The notes under the pieces were generated by a model. That model did no database searches. It was not told where the DNA came from and saw nothing but the letters and a program-made list of their open reading frames with translations. From assembly GCA_020628615.1 (NCBI GenBank), contig JAHDEV010000006.1, positions 1-41,992 of the forward strand: a DNA stretch of 41,992 bases, read 5' to 3'. The first letter of the stretch is position 1. Each line of letters opens with the position of its first letter. A program made the translations under genes and the position numbers. This DNA comes from Dokdonia sp. (GTDB taxonomy: Bacteria > Bacteroidota > Bacteroidia > Flavobacteriales > Flavobacteriaceae). Of the stretch, positions 38,371 through 41,992 are shown piece after piece.

Positions 38371-38523
38371 TTAGAACCCTAATACAAAATAGGTCGCTGC
38401 TACGGCAATTATAAGAATCACTAATGTGATGATTATAAACGTAGCTCCAAAACGAGTTTTCTTATTATCTTGAAGTAAATATTCTTCCGTTGGGTCTTCT
38501 TTATCTTTTATTATATCTGACAT
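38371..38523 (-). CDS. 50-aa single-pass membrane protein (below ORF-track cutoff)
   Basis: MSDIIKDKEDPTEEYLLQDNKKTRFGATFIIITLVILIIAVAATYFVLGF*; ends 18 bp before the bidirectional terminator. Confidence 0.65.
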   Translation of the reverse strand: MSDIIKDKEDPTEEYLLQDNKKTRFGATFIIITLVILIIAVAATYFVLGF

Positions 38524-38638
38524 ATCAATTTATATTTTGGTTAGATAGGTAAGTTACAATGAGATGCTAGGTATATGATGTGTGTTAAGTATTATTAACA
38601 AGAGTTTTGACGTATCATTAACGTTTTTAGGGCTGTTA

Positions 38639-38654
38639 CGCTTTCGCGAAAGCG
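38639..38654. repeat. Palindrome copy 14 (downstream of the Pit terminator)
   Basis: Exact; extends to 22 bp TTACGCTTTCGCGAAAGCGTAA. Confidence 0.95.
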
Positions 38655-38677
38655 TAATATCATCACTTTAATTATAT

Positions 38678-38708
38678 AAAAAGCCCTACACGAGTCGTAT
38701 AGGGCTTT
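38678..38708 (-). terminator. Intrinsic terminator after the Pit transporter gene
   Basis: Plus strand AAAAAGCCCTACACGA-g-TCGTATAGGGCTTT; T5 tail on the minus strand. Confidence 0.75.
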
Positions 38709-38730
38709 ATTAATGTAGTAAAGATGCTTG

Positions 38731-40968
38731 TTATGATCTCTTGTGTTCTGTATTGTATAAATCTAGTAGATTCATAATTTCTTCTATAAGATCTTTTGTC
38801 TCTAAAAGGAGACCAAAATATAAAGTAGTATTCTTAGGAGAAGACTCCTCAGAACGGGTGCGTTCTACTTGTTTTTGAATCTTATCTGTCACCTGGCCAT
38901 AAAGCTCATCCTTTTTACCTAGAAGCGCCTCGATGCGCATATAGTTACGATCATTAAATGCAGTGGCTGTTTCTTGTAAGAACTCACTTAGCTTGTTGTC
39001 TATCTCTTGTAGGTCTTTAATTTGAGTAAAACGTAGTGGCTTGTGATTGTTATTTACGTGCTTATAACTAGCCTTTGCAATGTACTCTAATGACTGTGTG
39101 ATATCTTCTAGGTATCCTAGTATCTCTATGTAGAAATTAGAGCCACGTACAGAGGTTTCTTCAAGATTCTTTATAAAGTAAAAGATGTTGTTACGTAGTT
39201 CATCTATCTCATCATTGAGCTTCTCTACGGTACCTCTACTTTTCTTAAGGCTGCCCACTTTATTTTTTGCAAGACCTTTAAGAGTACCAGTGTAGATTTT
39301 ATTAGTACGTAAAATTGTTTTTGCAATATTATCTGCGCTTTCTTCTATAATTCCAGATATAGTATGACTCTCTGCTTTACGGAGGTCTTCTTCTATTTGT
39401 GCTTCTTTGTTACTCTTCTTAGTGGCAATATAGTTACGCACAAGCATAGCGATAGCTAGTATAAATAAGCCTATGATAGCAATGTTTCCGCCCAAGTACA
39501 TTAGGTACGCAAAGATACCTGCCGCTGTAAATGCGCTAAATGCTGTTAAGAACCATCCTCCTATTACATTAAGTACTCCCGCAACACGATATACGGCGCT
39601 CTCTGCTCCCCACGCACGATCTGCAAGAGAAGTTCCCATTGCAACCATAAACGTAACGTAGGTGGTAGATAATGGTAATTTAAGACCTGTAGCTATTGAG
39701 ATAAGTACACTTGCCACAACTAGGTTTACTGCAGCACGCACCATATCAAAAGCTGGAGCGTCTATTGCCTTTGTGCTTGTCATTAAGACAGGGGTAAAGC
39801 TTTTGTTTATTCTATTTCTAATAGGAGCAGGTAATATTTTATTAACCCCAGTATTTGCTATGATAACTAGGCGTACTAGATTTTGAGAAACCCAGTTAGG
39901 TTTAAAACGTTCCTTTACCTCGTCTTGGCGTGATAAATCTACAGAAGTCTTTACTACGCGTCGCGCTTTTTTACTAAACCAGAGTGTTAACACCATAATA
40001 AGTCCAGCAATGAGAAGGAGTATAGGTTGTGTAGGTACTTTTTCGGCTAGTTGCTCCATACTAAACGCTTCTGGTAAAATACCAGAGCCAGACCACGCTC
40101 CAAAAGAGTTATAAGCGGCCATAGGGACACCTATAAAGTTTACTAAGTCATTACCAGCAAATGCCATTGCAAGCGCAAAGGTTCCTAGTATGATAACAAG
40201 TCTATAAATGTTTTGTTTTAAGACTGCGTGCGATACCCAAGATAGTATGGTCCACACAATAAAGTTAGCTCCTAAAAACTGTAAAAGATTTTCATTTGCC
40301 CAGCTACTAAAAGCAGGAGGAAGTATATCTGCTCCTTTAAGCCCTTTTATAATTATGAAATAAGAAATGGCAGAAACGGCAATACCACCAAAAACAGCTG
40401 CAATCCAAGATGCCTTTTTTTGAAAATCAAAAGTAAGGAGTACCCTCGTGATGAGCTGTATGATAGCTCCCACAGAAAATGCAATAAATACCGAGAGCAA
40501 AATACCTAAAATGATCTCTGTAGCCTTATCCGTATTAATATATTCACCTAGCTGTAAGAGTGAGTCACTATTGTTAGAAATTTTAATAATAGACATCACC
40601 ACGGCCGCACCTAAAAGTTCAAATACAATAGATACGGTAGTAGAGGTAGGCATACCTAAACTATTAAAAATATCTAGCAGTATGATGTCCGTAATCATTA
40701 CTGCCATAAATATGATCATTATCTCATTAAAGTAAAACTGGCTAGGGTCAAAAATTCCCTTACGAGCAACTTCCATCATACCACTTGATGATAAAGCCCC
40801 AAAGGCAATACCTACACTAGCAACAATCATCACTGTTCTAAACGTGACAGCTTTTGATCCTATAGCCGAGTTTAAAAAGTTTACCGCATCATTACTCACT
40901 CCTACTACAAGATCTGCAATCGCAAGAATTGCAAGAGCGGCAATCATAAATATGTAAATGTTATCCAT
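38731..40968 (-). CDS. Inorganic phosphate transporter (PiT family) with C-terminal PhoU-like helical domain
   Basis: GVSNDAVN, GMPTSTT, FAGNDLVN, LPLSTTY PiT signatures; soluble helical C-terminus. Confidence 0.88.
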   Translation of the reverse strand: MDNIYIFMIAALAILAIADLVVGVSNDAVNFLNSAIGSKAVTFRTVMIVASVGIAFGALSSSGMMEVARKGIFDPSQFYFNEIMIIFMAVMITDIILLDIFNSLGMPTSTTVSIVFELLGAAVVMSIIKISNNSDSLLQLGEYINTDKATEIILGILLSVFIAFSVGAIIQLITRVLLTFDFQKKASWIAAVFGGIAVSAISYFIIIKGLKGADILPPAFSSWANENLLQFLGANFIVWTILSWVSHAVLKQNIYRLVIILGTFALAMAFAGNDLVNFIGVPMAAYNSFGAWSGSGILPEAFSMEQLAEKVPTQPILLLIAGLIMVLTLWFSKKARRVVKTSVDLSRQDEVKERFKPNWVSQNLVRLVIIANTGVNKILPAPIRNRINKSFTPVLMTSTKAIDAPAFDMVRAAVNLVVASVLISIATGLKLPLSTTYVTFMVAMGTSLADRAWGAESAVYRVAGVLNVIGGWFLTAFSAFTAAGIFAYLMYLGGNIAIIGLFILAIAMLVRNYIATKKSNKEAQIEEDLRKAESHTISGIIEESADNIAKTILRTNKIYTGTLKGLAKNKVGSLKKSRGTVEKLNDEIDELRNNIFYFIKNLEETSVRGSNFYIEILGYLEDITQSLEYIAKASYKHVNNNHKPLRFTQIKDLQEIDNKLSEFLQETATAFNDRNYMRIEALLGKKDELYGQVTDKIQKQVERTRSEESSPKNTTLYFGLLLETKDLIEEIMNLLDLYNTEHKRS

Positions 40969-41298
40969 AAAAATGTACTGAAAAGGCTAAAAGTGCAAAA
41001 ATCTTAAATCTAAAAACCCTATGTATTATCTAAAGGTTAAGTCGTGCGAAAGATAAGAAGTTTTATAGCGTGAAGAACAATATTACTATTACTAATGTGA
41101 TAGTAAATAGGACTTTTTTGATGCTAACTATCTGTTTGTATGTAAATTACAATTGTTAAAATTTAATATTTAAACAATTGTAAATGAGGTGTTTACGGGT
41201 TTAATGTAAATTTTATGTAAATAAAAAGTTATCGAAGTGTTGATTAATGGTAAAGTTTAAGTTATCTTTACTGAGTAAATAATTAAAAAGCGAAGAAT

Positions 41299-41664
41299 AT
41301 GAAAAAGATAATGATGATAGCGGCGGCACTTTTAATGGTAGTTTCTGTACAGGCACAAGACGATGTTGTAAAAAACACATATGTAGAAAATGGAGATGTT
41401 ATTGAAGCGACGATTCATTTTGATACAGGAGAGGTAAGTCAGACGGGTTACTTTACAAAGGATGGTAAAATTACAGGAGAGTGGACAAGTTTTGATCGTA
41501 ACGGAAATAAAACTGCAACAGCTCAATACGATAAGGGACAAAAAGTAGGAACGTGGTTTTTCTGGTCATCAGAGAAGCTTACAGAGGTGAACTATAGAGA
41601 TTCTAGAGTTGCAGAAGTAAACACTTGGAAAAACGAAGGTACACGAGTAGTAAGCAATAGATAA
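41299..41664 (+). CDS. Small exported protein with MORN-variant/YwqK-like repeats
   Basis: Signal peptide (VQA-Q); GKITGEWTSFDRNG, GQKVGTWFFW repeats. Confidence 0.75.
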   Translation: MKKIMMIAAALLMVVSVQAQDDVVKNTYVENGDVIEATIHFDTGEVSQTGYFTKDGKITGEWTSFDRNGNKTATAQYDKGQKVGTWFFWSSEKLTEVNYRDSRVAEVNTWKNEGTRVVSNR

Positions 41665-41670
41665 TATTTA

Positions 41671-41686
41671 CGCTTTCGCGAAAGCG
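41671..41686. repeat. Palindrome copy 15 (between stop codon 41664 and terminator)
   Basis: Exact match. Confidence 0.95.
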
Positions 41687-41709
41687 AACATATTTCCCCC
41701 ATAAATCAT

Positions 41710-41743
41710 AAAAAAAAGGTCTCCGCTATGGAGACCTTTTTTT
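41710..41743. terminator. Bidirectional intrinsic terminator
   Basis: A8-GGTCTCC-gctat-GGAGACC-T7 between convergent genes. Confidence 0.9.
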
Positions 41744-41767
41744 GTGGCTAATTCAAATAATTGTTGA

Positions 41768-41992
41768 TTAAAACTTAAAGCTGTAGCTTAAGCTAAAATC
41801 TTGTCCAGGACTCCACTTAGAGTATAACTGGTCTTGTGCTCCAAACGATTGGAAAACACTCTCACGGTCATCATTAAGTAAGTTGCCTGCTTTGAAAGTG
41901 ATTGTTTGATTTTGGTCTTCTCCAAATGATTTTGAAAGATTAAACTTGAGATCATTAAAAGGAAGTGTATAAACATCTGCAATTTCTCCAGC
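41768..41992 (-). CDS. 3' end of a TonB-dependent receptor entering from the right edge
   Basis: Frame ending at TAA 41768-41770: AGEIADVYTLPFNDLKFNLSKSFG...ITFKAGNLLND...WSPGQDFSLSYSFKF*; NLLN, PG motif and terminal aromatic beta-signal. Confidence 0.8.
   Translation of the reverse strand, partial: AGEIADVYTLPFNDLKFNLSKSFGEDQNQTITFKAGNLLNDDRESVFQSFGAQDQLYSKWSPGQDFSLSYSFKF

Noticed and set aside
3216-41541. Numerous 60-130 aa antisense or alternate-frame ORFs in the track
   Set aside because: They lie wholly or largely within well-supported genes and have no recognisable motifs; shadow ORFs.
1097-41686. Palindrome as a CRISPR repeat, REP/BIME or IS/MITE end
   Set aside because: Copies are single, kilobases apart and often in coding sequence, with no spacers, cas genes, transposase or conserved flanks. 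TA flanks occur in only some copies and are simply an extension of the palindrome.
41788-41982. ORF-track 64-aa protein
   Set aside because: Wrong frame; the frame ending at 41768 gives a clear TonB receptor C-terminus.

Overview
AT-rich core-chromosome segment of a marine Flavobacteriaceae-like bacterium (Bacteroidota; inferred from TAnnTTTG promoters, a T9SS C-terminal domain, TonB-dependent receptors and SdhCAB). In order, it carries: a suf operon (sufA-sufB-AHL lactonase-lipoprotein-sufC-sufD, sufS, META protein); a membrane alpha/beta hydrolase; a YncD/PqqU-like TonB receptor-TSUP-ThuA cluster; a five-gene envelope operon (two choice-of-anchor B proteins, a repeat lipoprotein, MbnP, MbnH-like diheme peroxidase); thiL, brnQ, lysC, pepP; a BNR/VPS10 protein; sdhCAB; nrdBA; a Pit transporter; and the 3' end of another TonB receptor. 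The most striking signal is the 16-bp perfect palindrome CGCTTTCGCGAAAGCG. I count 13 exact and 2 one-mismatch copies. Eight lie inside genes (encoding AFAKA or LSRKR/LSRNR) and 7 are intergenic, and they are spaced unusually evenly (gaps 1.5-4.8 kb, mean about 2.9 kb). This looks like a genome-wide DNA signal (uptake-, HIP1- or nucleoid-binding-like) rather than a mobile element or CRISPR. Two small membrane ORFs below the ORF-track cutoff were also found. I saw no rRNA, tRNA, CRISPR or transposase. All calls are by manual motif recognition with no database search.
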